From NCBI GenBank assembly GCA_963735035.1, contig CAVTJJ010000004.1:288001-352000 (forward strand): a DNA stretch of 64,000 nt, written 5' to 3'. Below the pieces are notes generated by a model. That model was not told the origin of the DNA and did no database searches. It was given only the letters and a program-made list of their open reading frames with translations. Position numbers and translations under genes: made by a program. Shown here in pieces: positions 29,426-38,813 of this stretch (positions are counted from its first letter, which is position 1; each line of letters opens with the position of its first letter). The DNA is from an uncultured candidate division Zixibacteria bacterium. GTDB lineage: Bacteria; Zixibacteria; MSB-5A5; GN15; FEB-12.

Positions 29426-30367
29426 CTAAGAATGAATCAGAACCAATTGTACACAATCCGGTTCATCTTTGGGGTCACAATAGTGAAACTCGACCCTTAC
29501 AAATGCGCCGACAGGCCGGTTGTCCTTGATCTTGGGGCTAAACACCCAACTAGGTAAGACTGCCGTAAGGTTCTTCGCAAAACCGTACTCTCGTGGCTCT
29601 TCCTTGATGACAAGGTACTGGCAAGTATTGACTACCTCGTTTGAGTCGACAAAGAACCGCAACCGGGCGCTCTTACCATCCTTCATGACAAAGTCGAGGA
29701 AGAATCCGGACGAGTCACTCAGAGGCTGTGATACCGCGGCATATGGCCTCATGGCGCCCGTCGAATCGACGTACATAAGTACTTCGACGAATCCTCCCCG
29801 GTTATTCTCCAAGGCCATAAAGGGAATTTTCGGCGGAGTCTTGGCAATGACCTCGATTTCCCGATTCACCACCCTCCTGGGCAAGGCGTCGACATCATCA
29901 GGCAAGAAGTCCGCAGTCTCGGGAGAGAACTCGCCAGACTCGGTATCGATATCGATTTGCGAATAGGACAAGTTCGTATCCACATTGATTCGGGCTTGTA
30001 AGTGAGGAATTACCTTTGACGGTTTCACTTTCGCCAGCATCGGAACATCGGGAATGATCGTGTACCCCCTGAATCCCGCGAAACCCTTATGCTGTTTCTC
30101 ATACGGATTAAGTCCGTTTGACTGACGGGCTGCTGTGAAAGCGCCATCGTCTGGCACAGCTACTTGGACAGTCAGGTCAGGTTGCGCACTCTTAGACACA
30201 ACCTCGTCGCGGAGTTGTAGCGGCCCAAGATACTTGATACCTACTGCAACCACGAGCGCAAGCCCGGTTACTATCCCCAGCGCCATAAGCATGTTCCGCT
30301 GGTATTTCTCCTTCAGTTCGAACCCAATGGCAGAAAACGAATTGTTCTGCAAGTCAAGTGTCTCCAA
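29426..30367 (-). CDS. TonB-like membrane-anchored protein
   Basis: GFELKEKYQRN plus TM helix; PPKIPFMALEN..GFVEVLMYVD..G; WVFSPKIKDNRPV resemble a TonB C-domain with an insertion. Confidence 0.65.
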   Translation of the reverse strand: METLDLQNNSFSAIGFELKEKYQRNMLMALGIVTGLALVVAVGIKYLGPLQLRDEVVSKSAQPDLTVQVAVPDDGAFTAARQSNGLNPYEKQHKGFAGFRGYTIIPDVPMLAKVKPSKVIPHLQARINVDTNLSYSQIDIDTESGEFSPETADFLPDDVDALPRRVVNREIEVIAKTPPKIPFMALENNRGGFVEVLMYVDSTGAMRPYAAVSQPLSDSSGFFLDFVMKDGKSARLRFFVDSNEVVNTCQYLVIKEEPREYGFAKNLTAVLPSWVFSPKIKDNRPVGAFVRVEFHYCDPKDEPDCVQLVLIHS

Positions 30368-30443
30368 TTAGCGGAGTATTCTACAGGGGTCCGTACAAAT
30401 CGCGTACGAACCCCCATTGACTCAACCCACGATCAGCAGGTTG

Positions 30444-30644
30444 CTACCACCATTCGTTGACGGTAATAGTCAAGAACTCTTGCATATCTACTGCTGCACA
30501 CCGTGTTCCCCACCAGGCGCAGTCAAACGCGGTGATGCATGTCCTGTAACGATCACAGGCCACCTGGAACGCACCTGCCGACGCCGGGATCATCGCGAGC
30601 ACGAACGCCAGCACCAGCGTCATCGCAACAATTTTTTTCAGCAC
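30444..30644 (-). CDS. Small secreted peptide with four Cys and WW motifs
   Basis: AAAGGAG RBS, signal peptide ending ASA/AGA, C-x5-C-x5-C-x6-C, hairpin downstream near 30385-30415. Confidence 0.7.
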   Translation of the reverse strand: MLKKIVAMTLVLAFVLAMIPASAGAFQVACDRYRTCITAFDCAWWGTRCAAVDMQEFLTITVNEWW

Positions 30645-30755
30645 TTGGTCATCTCCTTTCTTTGTTAGCGGTGAAGGGTTGTCCTACCGATAGTGTGAGG
30701 CCAACGGTAGGTATTTCTCCATGGTATGTCATAATTACTGTGATGTTAATTCCAC

Positions 30756-31316
30756 CTATCCGATCCTGGGCATGTTCTTGCTGAGGTACGCGTACCAACT
30801 TACAATCTCATCCCGCAAGACTGTCACTTGAAAATCCGTTGGATTGATAACGAACCGAACCAAATGAAAATTGCCAGATTGCTCACAACCACACTCCAGG
30901 CGCGCATCAAGGAAGATAAGCACCAGGGCCGAATCAAGGGGCAGCGCGGAGTCGGATATTTGTAGATCAGGGCGAAGGGCCAGCATTTCGAATCCGGCCG
31001 GAGCATTATTTGACTTCCTGAGCCCGATTGCCATCAAGGAATCACTCACTCGCCTAATACAATTATTGATTTGAAGGGCGAAAACCTCATTGTAGCTGAC
31101 CTGTGAATACTGAGGCATGGCCGGCGATAGCGCTACTGGGTTCACAGTCGTATGCGCCGAAAGATACTCGGCTTCAAACGCCCGATAGTACCTCGGACCC
31201 GCATCTATCAGGCCTATCATGAGCAAGAGGCCCACTGTAACAAAGAGTTTCCCCCCAAACCCTGATCGCCAAAATGACAACAGGTCCCGCAAAAAACGAC
31301 GGGCAATTGAGAACAT
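30756..31316 (-). CDS. Hypothetical membrane-anchored protein
   Basis: GGAGG RBS, one N-terminal TM helix. Confidence 0.6.
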   Translation of the reverse strand: MFSIARRFLRDLLSFWRSGFGGKLFVTVGLLLMIGLIDAGPRYYRAFEAEYLSAHTTVNPVALSPAMPQYSQVSYNEVFALQINNCIRRVSDSLMAIGLRKSNNAPAGFEMLALRPDLQISDSALPLDSALVLIFLDARLECGCEQSGNFHLVRFVINPTDFQVTVLRDEIVSWYAYLSKNMPRIG

Positions 31317-31318
31317 GG

Positions 31319-32191
31319 TTACCTCCCTTTCATTCCAATTTGCTCACTGGCTGCCCGTTCTAGTTCTTCGATCTGCTTTCTGGCGGCCCACTGGGATACC
31401 ACCGTCATCTGGGACTGATCGACTACCTCAAGACAAACGAGCAAACCCGACTCAGTCACATTGAGCACTCTCTTTCGGCCAATGTTGGTTCGCTGAACGC
31501 CCGGAGTGGGCAGACACGGGTAAAATCCTTCGTCGAGAACTATTTGCCTGACAGTCGAACCGAACTGCTCAGCGGTCTGCTCGACCAGACTCCTGGCGCA
31601 CTCCTTGTCACGATTCATCAATTGTATCGTAACGAGATTGGTTGGTAATTCTTTCGGTGACTCCACCTGAAGAAGACTCGAGGTGTCAACGTAGACAAAC
31701 GTCCCGGAATCCAAGTTGATCCGGAACACAGCGGTATCTTCACCGAGAATGACGCGTAAAGGGAATGGCTTAGTGGGAAACCAAATTCGCGCTTCGTGAG
31801 CAACTCTGCTACGAGACCGCAGCCTTAGAATCACTAGTGTGTCCGACTCGCTATGCTCGAAGCCCATCATAGAATAGTGACTCAGTATGTCGAAAGTCCA
31901 CTTTCCGGTGTAACCCATACCTTCATCTTGCGGTTCGCAATCCTGATAGAACAAGAATGCAAAAGGCCTGATATTCCTCGGCGGCTTTCTGGATGGGTTA
32001 GGTTCAGGGCCCACTGGGGGTGGTTCTTGTTTGTCCACATCCCAACCGCCCTGAGCTTGAGTGAACGGCGCCAACATGGATAGTGCCAAGACAGCCATAG
32101 CGGCTGTTCGGATAAGTGTGTTTGTATTCGGCGCGACGCGCCTGCGAATTCCGCCCATATCTGCCCTGCTTTCAAGAGTGTGTACCTCCAC
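31319..32191 (-). CDS. Hypothetical exported protein (true start may be downstream)
   Basis: 290-aa ORF with a signal-like segment ending TQA followed by a Pro-rich stretch. Confidence 0.6.
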   Translation of the reverse strand: MEVHTLESRADMGGIRRRVAPNTNTLIRTAAMAVLALSMLAPFTQAQGGWDVDKQEPPPVGPEPNPSRKPPRNIRPFAFLFYQDCEPQDEGMGYTGKWTFDILSHYSMMGFEHSESDTLVILRLRSRSRVAHEARIWFPTKPFPLRVILGEDTAVFRINLDSGTFVYVDTSSLLQVESPKELPTNLVTIQLMNRDKECARSLVEQTAEQFGSTVRQIVLDEGFYPCLPTPGVQRTNIGRKRVLNVTESGLLVCLEVVDQSQMTVVSQWAARKQIEELERAASEQIGMKGR

Positions 32192-32224
32192 CAGCGTGGC
32201 TGGTGGAGGCGAAACGAGGAGCGA

Positions 32225-32302
32225 CTATTCGTCGCCGCCCCACGGGTGATCGAGCAGGAAGAGGCCGATAACGACCCCAAACTTGAGCATCCAGTAGAGC
32301 AT
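32225..32302 (-). CDS. 25-aa peptide MLYWMLKFGVVIGLFLLDHPWGGDE
   Basis: GGAGG RBS at 32307-32311, hydrophobic N-region, C-terminal motif shared with 28761-29123. Confidence 0.6.
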   Translation of the reverse strand: MLYWMLKFGVVIGLFLLDHPWGGDE

Positions 32303-32581
32303 GAATCCTCCATGCGGTGAAGGGTTGCGGTTGCCCCGTCGCAATTTGTGAGGGATTGCGCGGGTGTGCTTGCAACATAAGAGTATGCACCTCTCGTATG
32401 CAGGCTCCCTCGGCTCCGCACAGTGCGACAATTCCACACAGGAAACGAACCGATGTTCGGTTCTGTCACCCGATCCCTAGCGAGAAGAGCCCACTCCGTC
32501 TATACCAACTTATTAAATCAAACCCCGGCGCCTTTCAAGAGAAACCTACCTCCTGGCGCCATCATTGTTGATTCCGTTCTA

Positions 32582-32611
32582 ACACTATGCGGGGGGGGGG
32601 GATTTTGTCAA
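32582..32611 (-). promoter_or_regulatory. Sigma70 promoter with a C11 homopolymer in the spacer
   Basis: TTGACA-N16-CATAGT or -N18-TAGTGT; G11 tract at 32591-32601 on the plus strand. Confidence 0.5.
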
Positions 32612-32659
32612 GCACTTTTTTGCAAAATCATAATGTTTTGTGGTCAGACTCACAGCATA

Positions 32660-32749
32660 GAGCTTGAGATTGCCGCGCTTCGCTGTCCCGCCTGACGGCG
32701 GGCCATCTCCGCTCGCAATGACGATTAGACAAGCTTCTTCAACATGCCC
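32660..32749 (-). repeat. Half copy of the RPE/MITE element
   Basis: gagattgccgcg...ctcgcaatgacgattagac...cttcttcaacatgccc. Confidence 0.8.
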
Positions 32750-32804
32750 AAGCGGTAGGGCACACAGAGGGCTTCCTTCACTAATCCCCCCGATACCCGC
32801 CGCT

Positions 32805-33431
32805 CTACTGCAAACTCACCGGCAGGCGACTGTATATCTCATCCAGGAATGATTTTTCGAAACGATCAAGCGCCTCAAGACCTTCAGGCGTGTCTTTGGC
32901 GACAAAGCGGATAAACGTCAGATGTCGCGGACTGAGCGTCAGCGACGTCAGCATCTCAAACAGCTTGAGCTGATAATCATTCGACGTCTCGCCCCACGGA
33001 GTAACGTACCAGAAGTCCATCACGTGTCCGGTCTGCTTGTATCTCAAGTGCAGGCGTTTGATGTTCAGCGTGCGGTTGTGAAAAGCGATCGTGTGCGGTT
33101 CCGAACCTTCGACAATCCAACCCGATGCCGGCAGGCAATTCAACGGTGAGTGAGGGCCACCGCGCGGATCGGAGAAACTTCCGAGAAAGAGATTGACCCG
33201 GTTGCCGTCGAGATCGATAAAATTCGTGTTGATGATATGGTCCGGCTTGAGCAGGTCGATCACCCCCGGCGCGACTACTTCCGTCTGTCCGGTCCAGCCG
33301 TCGCGGGACATCGGAAAACCGTCCCACCCGGCAGACTTGAGTGCGGTCGGGGTGCGATACTTGATCACCCATCCGACCAGCGACGCCACTATTAGAATGG
33401 TCGCGATTATGAAGAACGTTTTCCGGGCCAT
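32805..33431 (-). CDS. epsI: EpsI family (exosortase-associated) protein
   Basis: FPMSRDGWTG, PHSPLNCLPASGW, TFIRF; follows exosortase. Confidence 0.85.
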   Translation of the reverse strand: MARKTFFIIATILIVASLVGWVIKYRTPTALKSAGWDGFPMSRDGWTGQTEVVAPGVIDLLKPDHIINTNFIDLDGNRVNLFLGSFSDPRGGPHSPLNCLPASGWIVEGSEPHTIAFHNRTLNIKRLHLRYKQTGHVMDFWYVTPWGETSNDYQLKLFEMLTSLTLSPRHLTFIRFVAKDTPEGLEALDRFEKSFLDEIYSRLPVSLQ

Positions 33432-34342
33432 TTCAGAATCGCTCCCAGGATCATCATCATTATAAGGGCCGAAATAAACACCAGCAGGCCGGATACTTCG
33501 TGCAGGAACGTATCCGCCAGGTCTCTGCTAACAGTATAGGCACCGATGGCCGTCACCAGAATTCGGAACACGTTCGCGGCGATGGCTATCGGGATCATGG
33601 CCAGGGTCAAGAGAATCGCCCGAACTTTTCCGGGCATATAGAGCCAGGAATAGAGCGACCCGAGGGCCAGAAGGGTCACGAGACTTCTAAGTCCGCTGCA
33701 GGCTTCAACTACCTCGAGCGAGTAGCCGGGAAGGTGGATGATATTTCCCTGGCGGATAGCCGGCATTCCAAGTAACTGCAGCAAGGAAGTGGTTGCTTCG
33801 GTGGACAGGAACTGCATCGGCAGAGTCGCCTGGTAGTAGATCACCGCCGGCACCGGCACCATGAACAGCAGGAAGAAGAAGGCGAACCAGATTTTGCGGA
33901 AATTTGTTTTGCCCAGATAGGCCAGTCCGATTCCGGTGATTTGAAGCAGGAGCGACATCCGGGTGATGAAGAACTCCGAGGCGGCCATACCCAGGACCAG
34001 GCCGACACTTCCCACAATGACCATGGCAACACCGAAGCGGCTGCTCTCGGCCGGAAAGACGAGCTCCTTGTGGCGGCGATAGGCGATCCAGATAGCAATA
34101 GGCACGACCAGAAAGCCGTGCGAATAATTGCCGTCCTGAAGCCAGTCCTGGATCAGGTCGTACCAGACATGAAAATTGAGCAGTGACGTGAGCGCGATCA
34201 GGGCGTACGGGTACTTGTGCCGGACTATATGATTTTTTATGGCGCTCCAGTTCTGGGTCATCGGCAATAGTACACCTGTCTTTGGTCTATACGCTCTGGT
34301 TATCGCCATCTTTGGGCCTCGGGGCAAGGTTTTATTTATCAA
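33407..34342 (-). CDS. xrt: Exosortase (EpsH family); start may be at a downstream Met
   Basis: NYSHGFLV, VVEACSGLRS (catalytic Cys), NVFRI (Arg), FLHE (His). Confidence 0.92.
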   Translation of the reverse strand: MINKTLPRGPKMAITRAYRPKTGVLLPMTQNWSAIKNHIVRHKYPYALIALTSLLNFHVWYDLIQDWLQDGNYSHGFLVVPIAIWIAYRRHKELVFPAESSRFGVAMVIVGSVGLVLGMAASEFFITRMSLLLQITGIGLAYLGKTNFRKIWFAFFFLLFMVPVPAVIYYQATLPMQFLSTEATTSLLQLLGMPAIRQGNIIHLPGYSLEVVEACSGLRSLVTLLALGSLYSWLYMPGKVRAILLTLAMIPIAIAANVFRILVTAIGAYTVSRDLADTFLHEVSGLLVFISALIMMMILGAILKWPGKRSS

Positions 34343-34468
34343 ATGTCGTTGAGCCCAAAGGATTTGGTTGAACCTGCCGAGACAAGAACTATATTCGAGC
34401 GCCCGGCGCCGAACCGGACACCTGTCGCACCGGAAGCGGTCCGGTTCGCGTTCGCAGAATGATTATTT

Positions 34469-35944
34469 ATGGCCGAATCGGTAGCAAAAGAAGCGAAAGT
34501 CATTGCCCGGCATACCGCCGTGTATGGGATGGCGAATGTCCTCGACCGGGCGGTGAGCTTTATCATGCTGCCGGTCTATACCCGCTTTTTGACCCCGGGC
34601 GACTACGGCACCCTTGAACTAATAGGAATGACTGTCACGCTTCTGGCGGTTACCCTTGGGCTGGGAATCGAAGCGGCGGTCAGCCGGTTCTATTTCGACC
34701 ATGAAGATGCCGACAAACGCAACCTGGCGGTCAGTACCGGTCTGCTAGGCTATGGCGCCTTCGCACTCATTTTTGTCGCCGTCCTCGTGCCGTTCTCCGG
34801 GATCCTGGCCAATCTGATACTCGACTCCGCATCATTAGGGAACCTCTTTACGGTTGCCCTGATCGGTCTTGGTCTCAGTTTTATCCAGCCTATCAATCTG
34901 GCCTATCTCCGGGTACAACAGAAATCGGGCACGCTTCTGGTAGTTCAGGTCAGTAAGACACTTTTCAGCCTGGGAATTATCATCGTCCTGGTTGTGGTCA
35001 AAGAGATGGGGGTCTATGGTGTCCTGCTTGGCACTCTCATAAGCGACCTGACCGTTACGGCCATCCTGACCGTCTTCACGCTCAAGAAGACGCGGCCGCG
35101 GGTTGACTGGAAACTGCTCAAGGGCATGATAAAATTCGGGCTGCCGCTGGTCCCGTCTAATATAGCCGCTTACATGGTACAGGCTTCGGACCGGTACTTT
35201 GTCAAAGAGTACATGAATATCAGCTTTACCGGTCTGTACTCGATAGGTTACAAGTTTGGCACCCTCGTACACCAGTTTGTAACGTCGCCCTTTATCCAAA
35301 TCTGGACACCACGTCGATTCGAATATTTCCACAAGGAAGGTTCGGAGTACGTCTTTGCCCGCATCTTTACATATTTCTGTGCCGCATCGCTGTTCGTAGG
35401 GCTCTTCATTTCGCTCCTGGCGAAGGAAGTTATTCATATCATGACCACGGAGCCATTCTGGTCGGCATACCAGATCGTGCCGGTGGTGGTGCTGGCGTAC
35501 ATCGTGTTTTCCTTCCACTATCATTTCAATGTGGGCATCCTGATGAAGAAGGCGACCCGGTACATCGCCTATGTCAACGTCGCCAACGGACTCCTGAACA
35601 TCACGTTGAATATCATCATGATTCGTCGCTGGGGGATGTGGGGCGCGGCGATAGCCACCCTGATATGTTTCGTCTTCAAAGCGGTGATGACTTTCTACTT
35701 CTCGAACCGATTCTATCATATCAGAATCGAATGGCGCCGAATGACTATCTTGTTTGCCGCGGCGTTTATTCTCTTTTTCGGTGGTATTATGATAGACACC
35801 GGTTCGATCTGGTTGGATATTGGACTGAAGATTCTGGTGGGTTTGAGTTACCCGCTGGTTTTGTATTTTATGCGGCTGTTCGACGATTCCGAGATCGACC
35901 GGCTCAAACAAATCATCAAGACGCGGCGACTGTCGCTCGATTAG
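34469..35944 (+). CDS. Wzx-type polysaccharide flippase
   Basis: LPVYTRFLTPGDYG, FGLPLVP, SDRYF, GLYSIGYKF; many TM helices. Confidence 0.88.
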   Translation: MAESVAKEAKVIARHTAVYGMANVLDRAVSFIMLPVYTRFLTPGDYGTLELIGMTVTLLAVTLGLGIEAAVSRFYFDHEDADKRNLAVSTGLLGYGAFALIFVAVLVPFSGILANLILDSASLGNLFTVALIGLGLSFIQPINLAYLRVQQKSGTLLVVQVSKTLFSLGIIIVLVVVKEMGVYGVLLGTLISDLTVTAILTVFTLKKTRPRVDWKLLKGMIKFGLPLVPSNIAAYMVQASDRYFVKEYMNISFTGLYSIGYKFGTLVHQFVTSPFIQIWTPRRFEYFHKEGSEYVFARIFTYFCAASLFVGLFISLLAKEVIHIMTTEPFWSAYQIVPVVVLAYIVFSFHYHFNVGILMKKATRYIAYVNVANGLLNITLNIIMIRRWGMWGAAIATLICFVFKAVMTFYFSNRFYHIRIEWRRMTILFAAAFILFFGGIMIDTGSIWLDIGLKILVGLSYPLVLYFMRLFDDSEIDRLKQIIKTRRLSLD

Positions 35945-35979
35945 CTACGGCCCACGCTGCCTGACGAGATGATGTTACG

Positions 35980-37353
35980 ATGAGTATGATGGCTTCGCTT
36001 TCACGCAACGTATTTTTTCCAATGCTCATGGTGTATGAGCGCAGCGCCGTGCGCAAGCATCTGAAGGAACTGGAGAAATCACAGTTCTTTTCGGCCAATC
36101 AGATGCACGAGCTGCAGCTTGAACGTCTCCGGCGGCTGGTTCAGCATGCTTATGCGCATTGTCCGTTCTATCGCAAGAGATTCGATGAGGCGGGATTCAA
36201 TCCCCGGCGGGTGCAATCGCCGGAAGACCTTCAGATTATTCCGGTTCTGACCAAGAAAGAAATCCAGAACCATCTCGATAGTCTCAAAGCGGGCAATCTC
36301 TCAAAGAAGGATCTTCTACCCGACAAGACCGGCGGTTCTACCGGCAGCCCACTGAACTTCTTTGTCAACCAGGATCGCTATTTTTCGCGCAACGCTGCGG
36401 CGCTCCGTCATGACCGCTGGACCGGATGGGATATCGGTGACCGTTCGGCCTATCTCTGGGGTCATCGGGAAGATCTCTCCGCGGTGCAGGGTGTGAAAGC
36501 AGCTTTGCGTAACAGTCTGATTGACCGGCGCATCTTCCTCGATACATCCAGCATAACGGTCGAGAAGCTTGGCAAGTTCACCAAACAACTGCGCTCTTTC
36601 AAACCTAAGATATTCGTCGCCTATGCCAACGCGATGTATCTGTACGCGCGTTATCTATCCGAAACGGGCGTAAAGAAATACTGGCGGCCCTCGGCGATCA
36701 TTACCTCGGCGGAACTTCTCGAATCATACCAGCGCGAGTTAATCGAGCAAGTGTTCGAGTGCAAAGTGTTCGACCGGTATGGTTGCCGCGAGATGGGCAT
36801 AATTGCGTCGGAGTGTGACTGCCACGAAGGCCTTCACGTCTCCGCCGAGTCGGTTCTGGTCGAGACCGTCATTTCCAACCGATCGTCGAAACCCGGACAG
36901 GCCGGGCGGATCGTCATTACCGACCTGCTCAACTACGCTACGCCGTTTATCCGGTATCAGATTCAGGACATCGGCGGCCTCCTCGAACGCAAATGCACCT
37001 GTGGGCGCGGTCTGCCGCTCATGAGTATAGTCGGCGGGCGGGTCACCGACTTTCTGGTCACACCCGACGGGAAGATCATCTCAGGCGCCTCGCTTACTAT
37101 CTACCTGGTAGCAAACACGCCCGGAATTGCGCAGGCGCAGTTCATCCAGGAGAAGAAAGACGAGATCGTCTTTCGCATCGTCCCCGGCAAGGGATATGGC
37201 CCGGAGACGATTCGCCTGCTTGAACAGCAATTGCCCGAGTTCTTCGGCGCGCTGGTGAATTTCAAGTTCGATATTGTCGAATCGATTGCGCCGTCGCCGT
37301 CGGGCAAACATCAGTTCAGCATTTCGAAACTCGACCCCTCGCAATGGTTCTGA
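35980..37353 (+). CDS. Phenylacetate-CoA ligase family / CapK-like protein
   Basis: TGGSTGSP, DRYGCREMG, TDLLNYATPFIRYQIQD, GRVTD, SGKH. Confidence 0.85.
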   Translation: MSMMASLSRNVFFPMLMVYERSAVRKHLKELEKSQFFSANQMHELQLERLRRLVQHAYAHCPFYRKRFDEAGFNPRRVQSPEDLQIIPVLTKKEIQNHLDSLKAGNLSKKDLLPDKTGGSTGSPLNFFVNQDRYFSRNAAALRHDRWTGWDIGDRSAYLWGHREDLSAVQGVKAALRNSLIDRRIFLDTSSITVEKLGKFTKQLRSFKPKIFVAYANAMYLYARYLSETGVKKYWRPSAIITSAELLESYQRELIEQVFECKVFDRYGCREMGIIASECDCHEGLHVSAESVLVETVISNRSSKPGQAGRIVITDLLNYATPFIRYQIQDIGGLLERKCTCGRGLPLMSIVGGRVTDFLVTPDGKIISGASLTIYLVANTPGIAQAQFIQEKKDEIVFRIVPGKGYGPETIRLLEQQLPEFFGALVNFKFDIVESIAPSPSGKHQFSISKLDPSQWF

Positions 37354-37417
37354 GAATCGGTAATGTTCGACAGTCTATTATCTGATCGGCAGGGTTCCAC
37401 CCCTGCCGGGTCGATCT

Positions 37418-38632
37418 TCAGACCTCTTTAACCCTCAGGTCACGACCGCGCAGCGCAAACCAGATCGTGCCGAGTATGCCAAAGAAGAACGCCGTCAGGA
37501 AATTCACGGTCGGGCTGATCATCCAGAGCAGCGAACCGCCGAAAGCCGCCAGCGATACAATCGTGTCTCTTATCAAATAGTACAGACCGAACACTGCCGC
37601 CTCGCGCCCGCGAGGAGCGAGATCCATAATCAGCGCCTTGCGGGTCGGTTCGCCGAATTCCTTAAGTCCCCGCACAAAGAAAGCGAATACGAGCAGCCAG
37701 AAGGTGTGCGAGAAGAGCAGAATCAGCGGAAAGATCGCGAAGAATATGAACGTGATGACAACAAACGGCTTCTTGGCGGTCTTATCGGCCCAATACGCAA
37801 CCGGAATATAGCACAGAACCGCGGTAACCATCTCGACTGTTGTTAGTACGCCGAACTCCACCGCTGTCACGGGAGTAGCAATCGTCTTCATCGCCCAGAC
37901 GACCACGAACGCATACGGTATCTGTTCGCAGAAGCGAATCAGGATATCTGAGACCAGCAGGTTCTTCAAATCGGGGCTCATCAGGCGGTACAGTCGGAGC
38001 GGGTTCTTCTCCGCTTCCGGCCGTGAAGTCGCGCCGTGATGGTCATCCTGAATGAGAATCTGCTGCATGATTGCGGCCAGCGCTGCCATGATCAGCGCCG
38101 CGACAAACGCCAAACGCACACCTAGTACTTCGCCCCAGATGCTGATAAACAGTCCACCGATCACCGGTCCGAGCGCCATCGGTATCCGTCGCACGAGGGA
38201 GTGCATCGATACGCCCATGGTTCGCTTGTTCGACGGCAGCATTTTCGCGACGATGCCCATCGTAGCGGGCAGCGAGATCGCGCTCCACGCGAGAAAGAAG
38301 AAGGCGCCGATCAGGACCGCGTAGATCGACGGGAACACGATCACGATCACGAAACCGACCATGGCCATCAGATTGAAAATCAGCAGCGATCGTTTGGCGC
38401 CGATGCGGTCAGCGAGGTATCCGCCAGGGAACGAGTACAATGCGCCGAGAAGGTTTTGAAGTCCACCGAGTAATCCGATTGTCAGCGCACCGCCGCCGAG
38501 CGCCATCAGGTAGATCGGCAGGAACCGCTCGGCCATCCGCTCGCCCATACCCACGAGTATGACCATGCCGAGCAGGGCGACGATGCTCGGTTTGAGGGCG
38601 ACGAAATCGGCGACTTTTCTAAGTTTGGACAT
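37418..38632 (-). CDS. MFS transporter
   Basis: GGYLADRIGAKR motif A, about 12 TM helices. Confidence 0.9.
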   Translation of the reverse strand: MSKLRKVADFVALKPSIVALLGMVILVGMGERMAERFLPIYLMALGGGALTIGLLGGLQNLLGALYSFPGGYLADRIGAKRSLLIFNLMAMVGFVIVIVFPSIYAVLIGAFFFLAWSAISLPATMGIVAKMLPSNKRTMGVSMHSLVRRIPMALGPVIGGLFISIWGEVLGVRLAFVAALIMAALAAIMQQILIQDDHHGATSRPEAEKNPLRLYRLMSPDLKNLLVSDILIRFCEQIPYAFVVVWAMKTIATPVTAVEFGVLTTVEMVTAVLCYIPVAYWADKTAKKPFVVITFIFFAIFPLILLFSHTFWLLVFAFFVRGLKEFGEPTRKALIMDLAPRGREAAVFGLYYLIRDTIVSLAAFGGSLLWMISPTVNFLTAFFFGILGTIWFALRGRDLRVKEV

Positions 38633-38813
38633 CTTCTTTGGCCCGCCCAGTGGGTGGGTCTATTTTATCTCTGGATGCCCCGCCTGAAGCGGGGCAAGAC
38701 AGAGGGTTGGCCCGCTCGTGAAGAGTGCCCGGCAGATGCCCACATCTGCCGGCTAGTACGGCAATCTTCGGTACCCCACCCAAACGGGGGGCAAGACAGA
38801 GTAGTAATTGTCA

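Noticed and set aside
34835..35911. Long antisense ORFs (also 6150-6983, 57076-57858, 60884-61789)
   Set aside because: Shadow frames of well-supported genes in GC-rich DNA
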